Of a DNA stretch of 64,000 nt, positions 21,745 through 35,520 are shown in pieces; within the stretch, counting starts at the first letter, position 1; every line of letters starts with the position of its first letter. The stretch covers positions 19,542,464 through 19,606,463 of the forward strand of contig NC_043011.1 in the NCBI RefSeq assembly GCF_006345805.1. The letters are read 5' to 3'. Position numbers and translations under genes: made by a program. The notes beneath the pieces were generated by a model, which ran no database searches, was not told the DNA's origin, and saw only the letters and a program-made list of their open reading frames with translations. The DNA comes from Octopus sinensis. Lineage: Eukaryota.

Positions 21745-24700
21745 ATATATCGAGATATAATAAGCTCTTTCGGGTAAATTCATTCATTCCAATATTATAG
21801 ACGAATATATATTTTGAAGATAGTGATTTCATGCATATTATTGATTTATAACATACAAACTATAAAACCAATTCCAAATCATACATCATGCTATCATGCC
21901 GTCATAGATGTTATAGATTAGGCATGTCAACTTTAGAGGAAGTAGACCAATTTTAATATAATAATATGTAGACATGGCAATTGAGCTTTTTATATATTTG
22001 TCACTAAAATGCATGCTTGACAAGTATGAGTAGGACACTGAATTATCTAATGTCTCGGTATATTCACTAGAAGTTAAGTGGATCCGACACACCATAGACG
22101 ATACCTCCGTTCGAACTTGTGGCAACTCACTCGCACACACACACACACACACACAAACACATAAACACAAACCCATTCCTTTTGTGTGTGTGTTACAAAA
22201 AAAGCCTAAGTTGAAAGTACAGACCATAATATGAACTTAACTAAATGGCAAAATAAACGGAGATTATGCATTAAAGTTCATTCACCTACATCTCTGATAC
22301 AATGCCTCAGAGACAAGAGCTTTTAAGATGGACTGCGTGTGTATTTGAGAAATTAGTTACATATATGAAAACAGTTCACCGCCGAAAGAGATTTTGTAGA
22401 ATGTTTGAAGGATAAAAACTACTGCCATAAATGTATAGGTTTAGATAATTTTGTGTATATATTCATGTACAGAAAATACACACAAATCTCATAAATATTT
22501 TATACAGAAACACAGAGAATACATATGTTGAACACATTATTCATGTGGCTAAGTTAGACATTAATATCCAACGAAGACAGATACCTAGTGAAACAATCTA
22601 TAATCTAGAGAGAGTGTGTAGGGAGAGAAAGCAACAAGGAGAGATGAAGAAAAAGAGCATGTTGAATTCATAACACTGTCAACAAGATTAGTTGTTTCAA
22701 GGATTCCAGCTTGTTTGATAATTAACAGGCTAATACAGGGTCGCCCACAATTCTGCCTATTATGTAGTTTTAATGAGTAACTGTAACTAAAGATTAAGAT
22801 TATTAACCCCAGATGTGCAAAATGAGATACGTCACAGCGAAAGTTTTGCTTAACTGTCATCATGTACTCTCCTTATTGCTAGCGAAATGGTATATACCGG
22901 CTGTGTGAGCAACTGGCTGTTTTAATGGCGGAACAAACAGGGGAATTCATTAGAAAAGTTTTAATCGATTTTCTCAGTAACTATGGGGTCTAGGAAACAA
23001 ATACCAATCTATGCACCCGTCTCCACATGTATGCCATTTTTCAGGCGAATCCATCCAGCCCTTTGACTGTGAACCTCAAGACAAGAAAGAATACACCGAT
23101 CGCCAATGTCCAATTTATATTATAGAAGATATATACACTTTATACACATATAGACATATGTACACACATACATCCGTACACATACGGATATTACACACAT
23201 ACATGTATATACGCACACATGCATGCATAAATAAAAATTGTGATGTCTGATAATTTCACTTTATAGGGAAAACTCCAGAGTACTCAAGAAAGAAACACCA
23301 AAACAATATTAAAAATGAGAGAATATTTTCATTAAAAATTCAAATAGTTGAAATGAAACAGAAGGATCTCTCTTCCAAAATTTCTTGAATGGATATACTC
23401 CATTTTCTTTTCTCACTCATTTATTGACTGTACAATAATCACAAGAAACCAAAGTTTTTAATTAATTTTGCAGAATTAATTTAATGTCCTTAAAACATTC
23501 CGCTCTAACATATCCACCTTTCAGGTCTAATCAACGAGTTCTACGCACGCCAGAAAACGGTGGAGGAAAAGCAATCTTCCAAAGCTAAATAGCATACTAC
23601 ACAATTCTAAATGACGCGATACAGGTTTTAGTGTAGAGTTTGTCATATGCTTATATTGCTGACTTGTTAAGACCCAGCCTGTTTTTGCTTGCCCGTAGAG
23701 GGTAGTAGTTGCTATTGCAAAAGCTTGGCCAGGTACAGTGAGATGGAGAATTGCTAGTAGTCTAAATATACTGTTTGTATTGTTCGATAGATAGTGTTGC
23801 TTCATATATTTTAATAGATGTAATCCTCTTGGATATTATATGTGTCTATTTCAGTGTAGGTTGTTGTGCCAAAAACTATGCATTTTACATGTTCAAACCG
23901 TTTTCCATAATTAAAAGTTTTGTTTATATTTGTGAATGTTATGAAGATGTTATAAGTATACAACTTGTGTCGTAGTAACTTATGCACTTCTGGCGTATTT
24001 TCTAATTATTGTGGATTGTTGCAAAATAATTAGATGACTATGTAGGGCTGGCGTGCAATATATATCTTCTACTTAAATTTGATCAATCAAATCTAGGTTC
24101 ATCGGCGTTGCAGCCTAGACCAACCTGAATTTAAGTCATCAATTTTCGGACGACATTAACAAATGTGCTAATTAGCTAATGAAGGGCTGATATTTGAGCT
24201 AGGTTTATTTCTTGTTTCAATGATGTATTAGACCTAAGGCTTCTTTTCTACCAGAATCTGGCAGGATATAGTTTAAATAAGAGCCTGGTGTAGAATCACA
24301 TTTATTATATCCATGCATTGTCGGAATGCACAAGATATGCCTGGTTAATTATAGTAGGGTGTGAGTTTCTTTTTTGTCCATGCATGAAAAAATACCTTTG
24401 GAAGTATGCAGTATGAAGAGTTGTTGTAGATAGAAGTGAATTGATATCTGAATTGTATTTTTCGGGAAAAATATAAATTCTAATAGATCTGTTATTGTTC
24501 ATTACATATTCTTCGCAGACAGACAGTCTATTTGATACTGAATATTATTTGTGCAAACAGATAGCGGCGAATGGAGTAGCTATTTCTTGCTGTCGATGGA
24601 GAAAATGTAATAGATGTTATTGATGAAACGATGATATTTTTATAAAGAAAGGTTTCTGAATACTATTTTAACTAAGATTAAAAGCTTTAATACATTTGTC

Positions 24701-25136
24701 ATTTCAAGAAATGGGGTATTTGACAGTGTTAACAAGGATTTTAAAATATATCATTCTATATTCTGTTATTTCCTGGCGTTGTTAGACTGATTGTGAGTGG
24801 ATATTTCTCAAACTCTGCATCATACACTATTTCATAGTTTTTTTTTTCAAATATTAGCTCCAGATATCGTGTGAGTTATATAGTACGTAGGATTTCTGTA
24901 AACTAAGAAAGGAATTTTGTGTATCAAAAGTTGTATTTGCACAAACCTCCTCTGGTCCTGGTTTCTGGAATGTTAACTTTTATCTTCCACTTGTTTCGGT
25001 CATTAAAGAGCGGCCATCCTGGAGTACAGCCTGGAACAATTTTTAATCGAATAAATCAACCGCATTACGTAGACAAGAAAAATACTGGTAGTCAAGAGGT
25101 AGTGGGGACAAACAGAAGCACACACACACACAAATG

Positions 25137-25168
<32 letters not shown>

Positions 25169-25169
25169 A

Positions 25170-25319
25170 AATTATAAATTAGGGTATCTACGAGATTACC
25201 ACTATGCTGAAAATAGCAGCCATGATCAGGCTCTAAAACCACCTTAATTGGTTTTAGAGTCAGATCATGGCTGCTATTTTCAGCATGGTGATATCTCGTA
25301 GGTAACCTAATCTGTAATT
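25170..25319. repeat. Short fold-back, ~70-bp arms, next to (TA)n
   Basis: ctacgagattaccactatgctgaaatagcagccatgatc..ctctaaaacc is mirrored by ggttttagag..gatcatggctgctattttcagcatggtgatatctcgtag. Confidence 0.8.
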
Positions 25320-26401
25320 CAAATAGATATTACCTTTGAAGGTTATTTTTTCCATGCTGACCACTTGATATAATCGTTATTTTATTTTAAATTAACGATC
25401 TTATCCTTATATATATATATATATAATATATATATATTATATATATATATATAATATATATATATATATGCACCATGGGGTTGTTCCAGATTCAAACACG
25501 AGATTATAGTAGAAGTCATTTGTCCAAGGGAGGACGGGACACGAATCTATGAGGATGGGAAGCAAGCTTCTTACAGCACAGCCACACCTACGCCTATTAT
25601 GCTCCCCGCACCCATTCAAGATGTTTTTGAGGAAAATGCGTTTGCAGTTTCTTTTAGCTTATGCGAATCGGTAGGCTCACTCTCACTAATTCATACTCGA
25701 AATAGTAAATCTTATTGGCGGATTGCTGAAATCAGAGGCGACATTCGAAAATGAAAAATGAAATGAATGTTTTTTCAGATGTTTTTAGCAGGAATCTGAA
25801 GATTTGAAGGATAACTGAACACCATCATATATTTTGGAAAAGAATATTATCGCACTTCTATCCAAGATATTTCTGAAAAAAACCCCAAAAAACAGAAAGA
25901 ACTGCTTTTAAAAGCAATATAAGATATAGTTACTAAATGATATCCATTCAGACTTTTGGAAATTGTAAAAAAAGATTTTATGATTTCTTAACAAAGAAAA
26001 TTATTGTTTTGTTGAAACAATGTTCGAAAAATTTGTACAGTTAAAACATAGACATTGCGAAAAAAATGATTAAATCTTGCCTAAATACAATCTATTTTCT
26101 AATTATATACATTATAACAAACGTTTTTTTTTTCCTGTTATAATGATTACATCCAAAAGCTATGTACATTTTTCAGATGAATAACATTTCTAGACGCTTC
26201 TAAATATTTTATCAGCACCTATGATTTTTACCTCTTTGATAGCATACATCCACATACATCTATCACATAGGTTCTCACATAGGTTCAAACACAAATATAT
26301 TGTGAGTTTCTATTAGTGATTATGTGAAATTGATCAAGTGAGATACATACACACAAGCTCACACACTCACACACGCATACACAGACACATGTATATATAT
26401 A

Positions 26402-26783
26402 CTAGCAGTATCACCCGGCGTTGCTCGGGTTTGTAAGGGAAATAACTATAAAGTATTTTTAGAGAGTTATAGCCAAAAAATAGCAAAAAAATGGAAACAA
26501 ACGATGGTAAATTTATTTTTTAGTAAAAAAGGTCGAGTTGCGTCCCCTAGACAGTCTGTGGTTTGTGTTTCTGATTCTCGACCCCATGTCGAATTTATCG
26601 ATGTTTTTCAGAACTGGGGGAACTTTTCAAAATTTTCGCTGCGTTAGTTTTGAATCATGACATTGGGCTATGTGTGTGTCAAGTTTCATCAGAATCGGTT
26701 GAAAGCCGTGGTCAGGGTGAGGGTACAACCTGACAGACACACAGACACACAGACAGACAAACTGCCGTTTATATAGAGAGAGA
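26402..26783 (-). mobile_element. Complete non-autonomous Helitron-like element (382 bp)
   Basis: The minus strand begins A|TC and ends with hairpin cccgagcaacgccggg followed by CTAG|T. These are canonical Helitron termini at an AT insertion site with no TSD. Confidence 0.8.
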
Positions 26784-26814
26784 TACACACATAATACTTA
26801 TATATATATATATA

Positions 26815-27010
26815 TGTATCTGTGTGTCTGTGTTTGTCTCCCCCACAATCGCTTCACAACCGATGTTGGTGTGTTTACGTCCCCGTAACTTAGCAGGTCG
26901 GCAAAAGAGCCAGATAGACTTACAAAGAATAAGTCATGGAGTCGATTTTTTGGATGAAAGGCGGTGCTCCAGCATGACTGCAGTCAAATAACTGAAACAA
27001 ATAAAAGAAA
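26815..27010 (+). mobile_element. SINE-like 3' module
   Basis: gtgtttacgtccccgtaacttagc...ggcggtgctccagcatg..gcagtcaaat.actgaaacaa; same module at 37215-37370 and 48700-48905. Confidence 0.7.
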
Positions 27011-27179
27011 ATATACATACACACAAACACACACACACACAAGTATATATACATATCTATCTATCTATATATATATATATATGTATGTATGTATGCATGT
27101 ATGTATGTATGTATGTATTTATGTGTGTGTGTGCATTTATTCAATTCATTTTTTGTGGATTAATCGATATGCGAGTATT

Positions 27180-27541
27180 ATATTTCAGACTGAAGCTCCG
27201 GCGTTTGGCGACGGACTTGGTAAACACCCACAAAGTTATCAACCACCTCACCAACAACAACACTGAACACCTTTTTGATCTCCATGTGTCTAACACACGT
27301 GGACATGCCTACAAAGTCAGAAAACAATACAGCTCCCATGACTTTCGGAAACATTTTTTCACGCTCAGAGTTGCTGAAGCATGGAATAAACTGCCTGCGT
27401 CAGTTGTTGACTGCCATGACACTGCATCTTTTAAGGCCCTCATGCTTTCCGAAATCCGCCGAAACTACACCTGATTATATATACACTTTAGATGAGTTGT
27501 AGTGCACCTGAGCACTGTACACAATTATTATTATTATTATT
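27180..27541 (+). mobile_element. CR1-like LINE 3' end with (ATT)n tail
   Basis: LRRLATDLVNTHKVI..TRGHAYKVRK..RKHFFTLRVAEAWNKLPASVV..ASFK is the typical ORF2 C-terminus; a short 3' UTR and attattattatt follow. Confidence 0.85.
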
Positions 27542-27587
27542 CATAATACAAAAATAACCTAATGAGTATATCTTACAATAAACTGAT

Positions 27588-28304
27588 GGTATCAGTTTGC
27601 ACATCACAAAATAATACTTAAAGGATATAACGAAAATTACCAGCAGGGTATATAATATACTTAATTAATTATATCCTTCTTTAGTTAATACTTATATTTA
27701 TAAAATATGAAGGAGCTACATGTGTTTCAGTATTAGAAGATTACAATATATATACATATACACCTATATGTATACATATATAACTACATATATGCAATCG
27801 TCAGATTTACAATTATTCCAACACAACATCAGGTTCTATTTCAAAATATTATATATTTAATTTTACATCCCTTTAAAAATAAGCAATACAATTAAGCATT
27901 AAAGATACAAAATTGGGAATTAAAAATTAAGAATAAAAATTATACTTTGTAATATTAAGAATTAGAAATTATAAATTGTACATTTTAAATATGAATTAGT
28001 ATATATATATATCAATCATGCAAAATCAAGTATATGTCAAATACAGAATTCTTGTTATATATTACATTTACACGCAGACATTTTTATACTGATGGTTTAT
28101 CTTATATCTCACATTCTGTATTTGACATAATCTTGATATTTTATAAAATATTTGACATAATCTTGATATTTTATAAAATCGAGATCGAGCGAGCTTTTGC
28201 CCTTTTGCAAAAGTAGGATATAATTAATGAAGTTTATTACATACCCTGCTGGTAATTTTATTTATATCCTTTAAGTATTATTTCGTGATGAACAAACTGA
28301 TACC
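27588..28304. repeat. Fold-back element, ~90-bp inverted arms
   Basis: 27588-27680 is inverted against 28213-28304. There is an internal ~30-bp tandem duplication at ~28118-28178. Confidence 0.7.
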
Positions 28305-28952
28305 ACGAGGTTACTGTCTGATATAATCATTAGCTTATCTTTGTATTATCTGAAGTAGAATGCCCTCATCGATTAATCCCCCAACATTGAATTAATATTG
28401 AGTTTTATCACCAGAATTGTGTATGGTGTTATCCATAAAAATTTGTGGGGTGATTATAATCAAGATAAGCAACAAGAATGAATCCGGTATTTTGGTACAA
28501 TCGTTTTGTACTACATCATTTTATTAAATGTTGCAAGTATTACAACAGATTTAAGATGCTGAGTACTCATCAGCCAATTATAGAGGTTTTCCATTAATAC
28601 AAAAGTTTTCAAATGAAGTGGCAACATTATAGAGAAGGTAGATATACAGACAAAGATGTAGATTTAAATTTTAAGAACATATGAAGTAGTGAATTCCTTC
28701 CACTGACTGACCAAGATATGGGTATTCCTAACTGCTATAAAGTTAGTAGTAATAAAGATTTTTTAATTGTAGAAATTGGGTAAAGGAGGTTTCAGAACAC
28801 CATCAAAGAAATTCATGTTGAAGACAGCAATTGTCACTAACAAATGCCAATTACTGCTATTTGGTGAGAGAAACTAGCTCAATGTCAAATGGTCTTAATC
28901 CCATTCACAGAGAGTGTAATTTAGAGAAAAAAAGTTTCTTCCACAGGCATAT

Positions 28953-29004
<52 letters not shown>

Positions 29005-29005
<1 letters not shown>

Positions 29006-29984
29006 CTCTCTATATATAAAACTGAGAATGTGTCTGTGTGTTTCCATAAAACTTGAGAACTACACAACCAATTTCATTCAAATTTTACACATGCCTTACT
29101 TACGGTCCATGTAGTTTCATGGGCAAAAAAACATTCAACTTCTTGCCTAGAGTGAGCCCATAGCAATATCATATCTTCTACACTATTTCAGTATTACGTG
29201 TTAAAAGTGAAACAAAAACATTTCTCTATTTTATGTCAGATACTTTCACTTTAACAATAAAAATAATAATAACAATTGAATTATATGTAGTAAGTAATAA
29301 TTAAAATCAAACTAAAGTATAATATAATCATAACATAACAAAAGTAAAAATAGCAATTGGTATAAAATTGCATCAATGACTTGAACTTAAATAAGTGGTT
29401 TCACATTAATGGAAATAAATTTAAAATAAAATTAAATTAAAGAAAAGACAATTGTCTATAAAGTATACAATGTAGAGAAAAAAGAAGATTTGAACACATG
29501 GAGGAAAGCACCTTCGAGAAGCGTCTTGGTGCGACTATGAAAGATATCTAACCAGGGGCGGTAAATTCGCCACAATAGAAGCAAGGTTCGGGTCAATGGA
29601 GCGTGCAAGGGAGTACTCGACTCGAACTTGCAAAGTGGAAATATTTTATTTTTACCTTTATATCTGGGACGTAGGACGTGCCGGATAAAAATTTAAAATG
29701 CCCCCTCCCCCGAAGTTAAGGTAGGCTGGATTGTAGCCACACTTCTATACAAGAGGGACGGCAAGATACAATTGATCGAAATTGCAAGAGACGGGCTTAC
29801 AATTCCAGTCTGTTATGTAATTTGAGTATTGTTATCACTAGCGATATCAAGATATAACTTTGTATTTTGTATTTTATGTGTAGATGTATATATATAGTTG
29901 TATATGTAATATGTACGCATATATATACACATATATACATGCACACTAGCACTATGACCCGGCAACGACGGGTCATAATGCTAG
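29005..29984 (+). mobile_element. Non-autonomous Helitron-like element
   Basis: Starts A|TC(tctctatatataaaactgagaatg). Ends in hairpin tatgacccg-gcaacga-cgggtcata followed by tgCTAG|T. Confidence 0.65.
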
Positions 29985-30025
<41 letters not shown>

Positions 30026-30026
30026 G

Positions 30027-30192
30027 ACAGGCTTCTTTCAATTTCTGTCTTCCAACTCCACTCATACGGATTTGGTCGGCGCGAGGATTTAGTAGAATAC
30101 ACCACTTGCCCAAGTTGCCACGCAGTGGGACTGAGCACGGAACTCTGTGTTGGGAAGCGAGTTTCTTACCGCACAGCCGAGTTTGCGCCCCG
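30027..30192 (-). mobile_element. SINE 5' half
   Basis: Minus strand ggcgcaaactcggctgtgcggtaagaaactcgcttccc...cagtcccactgcgtggcaacttgggcaagtg; same family as 48535-48665. Confidence 0.7.
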
Positions 30193-30212
30193 CCTGATTA
30201 GCCATCGACAGA

Positions 30213-30749
30213 CTATGAAATTTTGCATGCATTAATTTCAATTCGTCTTATTAACAACTCAATTGACTTATTAAATGTAAACTGACCGCTGAAATAAGAA
30301 TTAAGTTAAATAGTTCTCACTCATTTTGAAAATGGACAAAATTTGCACTCTTGCTGTTATATCATGTGACAGAGTGGAGGATATTCTGCACTATGAACTT
30401 GGCATGACGACTGTGTATGCCTGCCTGTGGAAGACACTTTTGCTGACACCTGGTGGAAAGCTCACCAAACTGATCAAATCATGGGAAAAGTAGAAATTGC
30501 TTGAGGCCAGCTGCTTTCTTGGCAAGTTCCCTAAGTCAAGGATAAGCGTTGTGTCCATCACTTGTTTGGGAACCAGTATTTCAGAGATGAGGACGCCATA
30601 TTTTCCGTTAATCACTGTTATTTTTTCCAACAGGAGGAAAGCCTTTTCACCAATAGTATCCGAAAAGCAATGGGAATATGCTGAGAAACAAACTTTATTA
30701 TGTCACACTCCATGAGAAATACTAAGAACTTTTCAGCCGATCCTCACAG
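30213..30749 (+). mobile_element. Internally deleted mariner (DD34D) relic
   Basis: MDKICTLAVI, then RVEDILHYELGMTTV, then a C-terminal GNQYFRDED..QEESLFTNSI segment. The 3' TIR-like sequence is aacttttcagccgatcctcac. Confidence 0.7.
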
Positions 30750-31541
30750 TTTGTCCAACATACTGTGCTGTAATGTGACTAAATGAGGTTTATTTTTCAA
30801 CAGAACTTTCTTGCGGTCTAAACACTTCTCCCATCGGTGTGCCAATGTTTTAATTTCATGTTGAGGAGCAGATAATAATCACATGGGTCCAAATCTGGAG
30901 AATGAGGAAAGCGTTCATGAAGTTCAAAGCCACATTCAAGAACAGAAGTCATCGAAAATAAGGGGCTGTGTGCTGGATCATGGTCCTCATGAAACGAGAC
31001 ACCTATCATCAGTTTTCTGATGATAGGTAACTCCCTCAGCATTTTGGCATAGTACTCTCCATTGATAGTGTAGCCTTTTGAATATAGTCAATAAATATAT
31101 TGCACTGAGACAATCACCTTCCCTGAGATCATCAACTTCCTTTGGACTTCTTTGGATCAGATAAGAAGTGATTCCACTATAAGGAATCACTTTTTGTCTC
31201 TGACTCAAAATCATGAACCGAACACCCGTCCAGCTGGATCTGCTTCAGATGATGTCAAATTTGACGGTGATGTAATCAGCCTGGTGCGCCATTGATCAGG
31301 CGTCAAAACACGTAGCACCCACCGAACAGAAACCTTCGTAATGCAAAATTTTTTCTGAAGAATATTCTCAACTAGTTCCGTTTAAAGTCTACTTTGAACA
31401 GTGAGATATCAGTTTTTTTGTAAAAAAAATATCGGTGCAGTTATTAATAAGGGAGGACGAAATTAATGCATGCAAAACTTCACAGCTCTTGCATCACTCC
31501 ATCATATGCAACCTATGAACTTTTCAGCGCACCCTCCTGTA
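30750..31541 (-). mobile_element. Mariner (DD34D) relic, same family as 30213-30749
   Basis: KVSVRWVLRVLTPDQ (WVPRLL-like), FHEDHDPAH, FPHSPDLDPCDYY. The 5' TIR tacaggagggtgcgctgaaaagttcatagg ends at 31541. Confidence 0.85.
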
Positions 31542-31639
31542 TATGTGTCCTTGAGTGTGTGTGCTTGTATGCATATCTATACACACACATACACACGCAC
31601 ATACATATATGTGTGTGTATGTATGAGTATATATGTATG

Positions 31640-31675
<36 letters not shown>

Positions 31676-32596
31676 GGTATATGTATGTATGTATATATTT
31701 ATATATATATATATATGTGTGTGTGTGTCTATGCGTGTATATATATCTTTGTATTCTACATCTATAAGTATTTATATATGTATGTGTGAGGGTGTGTGTG
31801 TGTATGTGAATGCATGTGTATATTTGTATATTTATACATAAGCGTGTGTGTGTGAGTACGCTTACGTGTGTCGGTTGGTATGTGTGAGGGTGTAACTGAA
31901 ACCTGTTTTTGATGATAAACATGATAAGGAACTACAAGTATTCGCCTCCGCAATTTAACGACCCATGTTTGTGGTAACTTTCAGAGATTTATTTAATTAA
32001 GAATTCCGGAGATGTTGCATGAAATTTGTATCTGCTAACGTTCATAGAGGATGTATAATAATCTATTGATTTCCAATATTTTTATGAAAACTAAATCGAT
32101 TTATAGTAGATAATTCCTAACAGATATAAATACGCTCAGTGTCGGCCCTACACATTTGCTTTATCCATGGTTATAACTTTTTAATGATATATACATCGGA
32201 ATAAAAGGCAAGAGAACTTAAGTTGGGAAGTTTCATTTTCTTCTTGTATTGGGATGTTAAAACTAGAATTTGTCACTCGACGTTCCTCTGCCACCGATAA
32301 ATATTTCCTTTCAACGAGTTTTTTACACCATGATTGCTTGCTGTTGTGAGGGTTCAAAATAGACGTTGAAGTATTAATAATAACATTACCGATGTTCGCT
32401 CTAACAGAACTGGTATATGAATATAAAACATGTTACGACACTTCTTTTTTTAGGTATGATTTACTGAACATTTACCACAAAAATCGTATAATTAGACGAC
32501 ATCCACTATTTACAATATATTTGTGTGCGCCTGCGTGTCTGTGTGTATATGTATTTGTATAGATATATATATATATGTGTGAATATATAGCTATAT

Positions 32597-32671
<75 letters not shown>

Positions 32672-32949
32672 GATATATATAGTTATATGTATATATATAT
32701 ATGTGTGTATATATTTATATAGATGTATATATAGATGCATATATATATTTATATGCATATATATATGTACATAGGTATTTGTATATATATGGATATATAT
32801 AAAGATATACCTATGTATATATATATGTGCTTATGTATATGTGTATATCTATATATATATATATATATATATTCGTTACCCATATCATAAATTAGAAGAT
32901 ATATATATATATATATATTGATTGATTGATTGATTGATTGACAGCTAAC

Positions 32950-33053
32950 TACTCAAGCTTTCTCGTGTTCCTTTCTGTTGAAGAGCTTTGGCTTTCTCCT
33001 CTTCCCGAGCGTTAAACTAATACACCTGTTTGTTGTTTACACACCTGTCTTCA
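32950..33053 (+). repeat. Truncated copy of the 35040 PLE-like pseudo-LTR family
   Basis: ttctgttgaagagc..gct, then cccgagcgttaaactaatacacctgtttg..acacctgtcttc. The GAAA half of the hammerhead-like motif is missing. Confidence 0.55.
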
Positions 33054-33054
33054 T

Positions 33055-34011
33055 CCAACTATATGCCATAAATAAATACTAAAGAAATGGCAGAAATACT
33101 GCAGAAACCACACTCCTCTCTCTTTAGTGATCCCACTGATATTAACGTAATAGAAGCGAACGAAGTTGATTCCCAACATCACATATCGGACATAACCTTC
33201 ACTGCCTCTGACATCATAGTAGCAATAAATGAGGTCAAATAGTATTCTGCTGTAGGCCCTGATAGATTCCCCGCTAATCTCATGAAGGAACGTAGACACC
33301 AACTTCCAATACCTCTGACCAACCTCCTCTGGTGAAATTCTTTAGACTCAGGTTATATACCGAAACAGCTCCTATCCCAGTCTGTCATCCCGGTTTTCAA
33401 ACAGGGAAACAGATCCCTCGCAGTCAACTATCGCCCAATCTCACCCACCTCCCACTTCATTAAAGTGTTTGAAAGTGTAGTAAGACCAAAGATAGCTAAC
33501 TTCCTGGAGACCCACAAACTCCTAAATGCAAATTAGCATGGCTTTCGCTGTGGCAGGGACTGTCTAACACAGCTCTTACACCACATTGATGATATACTTA
33601 AAGTCTTGGGGAGAGGTTCGAAATCTGATGTTATATATCTTGACTTCAGTAAAGCTGTCGACAGGATTGACAATAATATCCTACTCTCAAAATATTGGAA
33701 TCCGTGGAAAACATTGGATTAAGTATGTCCTAGCGAATAGAACTCAACATGTGGTCGACGGAGTTCACTGAATCCCAGAAAATGTCAACAGTGGTGTCCC
33801 TCAGGGGACTGTCTTCGGCCCGCTCCTGCAAAGTGTAAATATTTGGTGATGACAATAAACTCCAGCAAATCATCAATGAAGTAGAAGACCGAACTCAACT
33901 CCAGTTTGATCTATATGCTGTTAGTCAATGGGTAGACAAAAACAAAATGCAACGGAACGAGGAGAAATTTGAGCTGATGCATTTTGGAAGAAAGTCTACA
34001 CCAAAACAACC
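33055..34011 (+). pseudogene. CR1-like LINE reverse-transcriptase fragment
   Basis: SAVGPDRFP, VIPVFKQG..NYRPIS, HGFRCGRDCLTQLL, DVIYLDFSKAVDRID, SGVPQGTVFGPLL, FGDDNKL, WVDKNKMQRNEEKFELMHFG; stops and an internal deletion. Confidence 0.9.
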
Positions 34012-34110
34012 ATTATATTATATTATATTATATTATATTATATTATATTACATTATATTATATTATATTATATTATATTATATTATATTATATATTATAT
34101 TATATTATAT
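34012..34110. repeat. (TATTA)n pentanucleotide microsatellite
   Basis: Seen directly. Confidence 0.95.
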
Positions 34111-34971
34111 GCATATATAGCTTTTGGCGCATCTGCTCGTTATTTAGGTTATAAGACACATTTTTATGAAAATAACATTTTCAACATTGCTAATACTTAT
34201 CTTTGTTTTACATGTTTCCTTCTTATCAAATATTCATACTCGTTGCAACTCACGTCTTTGAAATACATCTCATCATATTGGCTGCTTTTTCTGACTACTG
34301 ATATAGAAATCCGACATTACAAAATAAGTAGAAATATACTATATGTATTTGTACTATTGCAAAAAACCTACATTACACCATTTATGTCATATAGCTTGTT
34401 TATCTCTATTATTTAATGTACACATGCAAACAAACACAAATGCACACACAAATATGCTATACGTTTTATGTAAGTACGTATGTATAATATTGCGTATGAT
34501 TTATTTATGTAAGTTTGTGCATTGAATGACTATTTAGAGTTACTTCGCTTGATTCACACACTTGTAAATCCGAATGCACTTCCTGTTAATAATACTTTGA
34601 TAGAAGTTTGAAGTGAATGCAAATAGATCTACAGGATTGCTTGATGCTGGAATCGTAAAAGATTTACTAAAACTAAAGCGAAAATACTGTTATGATTCCC
34701 AACTAATATTTTTTTAATATAATACGTCTCTGAAATTTACTGAAACGAGTAGAGAAGCCCATTAACATTTGATAATGTTATGAAATTCATTTTGTATTTA
34801 TACAACAGTAGTTTTGACGGCATAAAAAGCTGATTCACTGGCTTCCAACCACAATTCGATATACAATACTATATATCCTATGAGCCGCTATTTTATACCT
34901 ATAATATTAAAATATTTCTTACTTTTATCTCTCTCCCATTTATAACATGCTGTAAATTTTTCTCATGTAGT

Positions 34972-35029
<58 letters not shown>

Positions 35030-35039
35030 CATATACACC

Positions 35040-35197
35040 TACATTTTTTCTCTCCTTGTTTTCTCTGTGTCGCTTTCTGTAGATGAGCGTAGGCTCGAAA
35101 CGTAAGCGACTTTTTCTATTCCTGAGCGTTATACTAATACATCTGTTTGTTTTGTACACCACCTGTCTTCGTCGTTTGTTTGTTTCGTAAACTCTCC
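35040..35197 (+). mobile_element. PLE-like pseudo-LTR between two (TA)n tracts, with variant hammerhead-like motif
   Basis: 35069-35110: GUCGCU-UU-CUGUAGA-U-GAGC-GUAG-GCUC-GAAA-C-GUA-AGCGAC. Confidence 0.55.
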
Positions 35198-35439
35198 CTA
35201 TATATATATATATATTAACAAACTAAAGAAAGGAATTCCTTGAAAGGGGTGACTCAAACATCCAACTCATTGATTCGTCGATTGAATACCACATAAATAT
35301 GGGGATAATGCAAATTGCAAACGATAAATTAGAGGGATATAATTGACAATCCAATAATTTATTCATATTACAATATAACATAATATTCTATGAATAAAGC
35401 ATAATATAATATAACAAAAAATCATTAAAAAAACAAGAA

Positions 35440-35520
35440 AGCCAACAATTTGTTTCGACTTATATACATTACTAGATATAAAACCAATTCAATTCAATCA
35501 TATAATCTCATCAGCTAAGG
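35440..35520 (-). ncRNA. Degenerate hammerhead-like motif
   Basis: CUGAUGA-GAUUAUAU...AUAUAAGUC-GAAA-CAAAUUG-UU: core and stem II intact, stem I does not pair. Confidence 0.4.

Noticed and set aside
23500-24900. Possible ancient LINE RT on the minus strand
   Set aside because: Only faint motifs (NADE, SNISPSL) amid many stops; not supportable without a profile-HMM search.
25620-26100. Possible old hAT C-terminal relic
   Set aside because: The similarity is too weak to separate from chance in AT-rich DNA.
28500-28580. Minus-strand CUGAUGA-GUA...UAC motif
   Set aside because: GAAA is replaced by GCAA and stem I does not pair; at most a dead relic.
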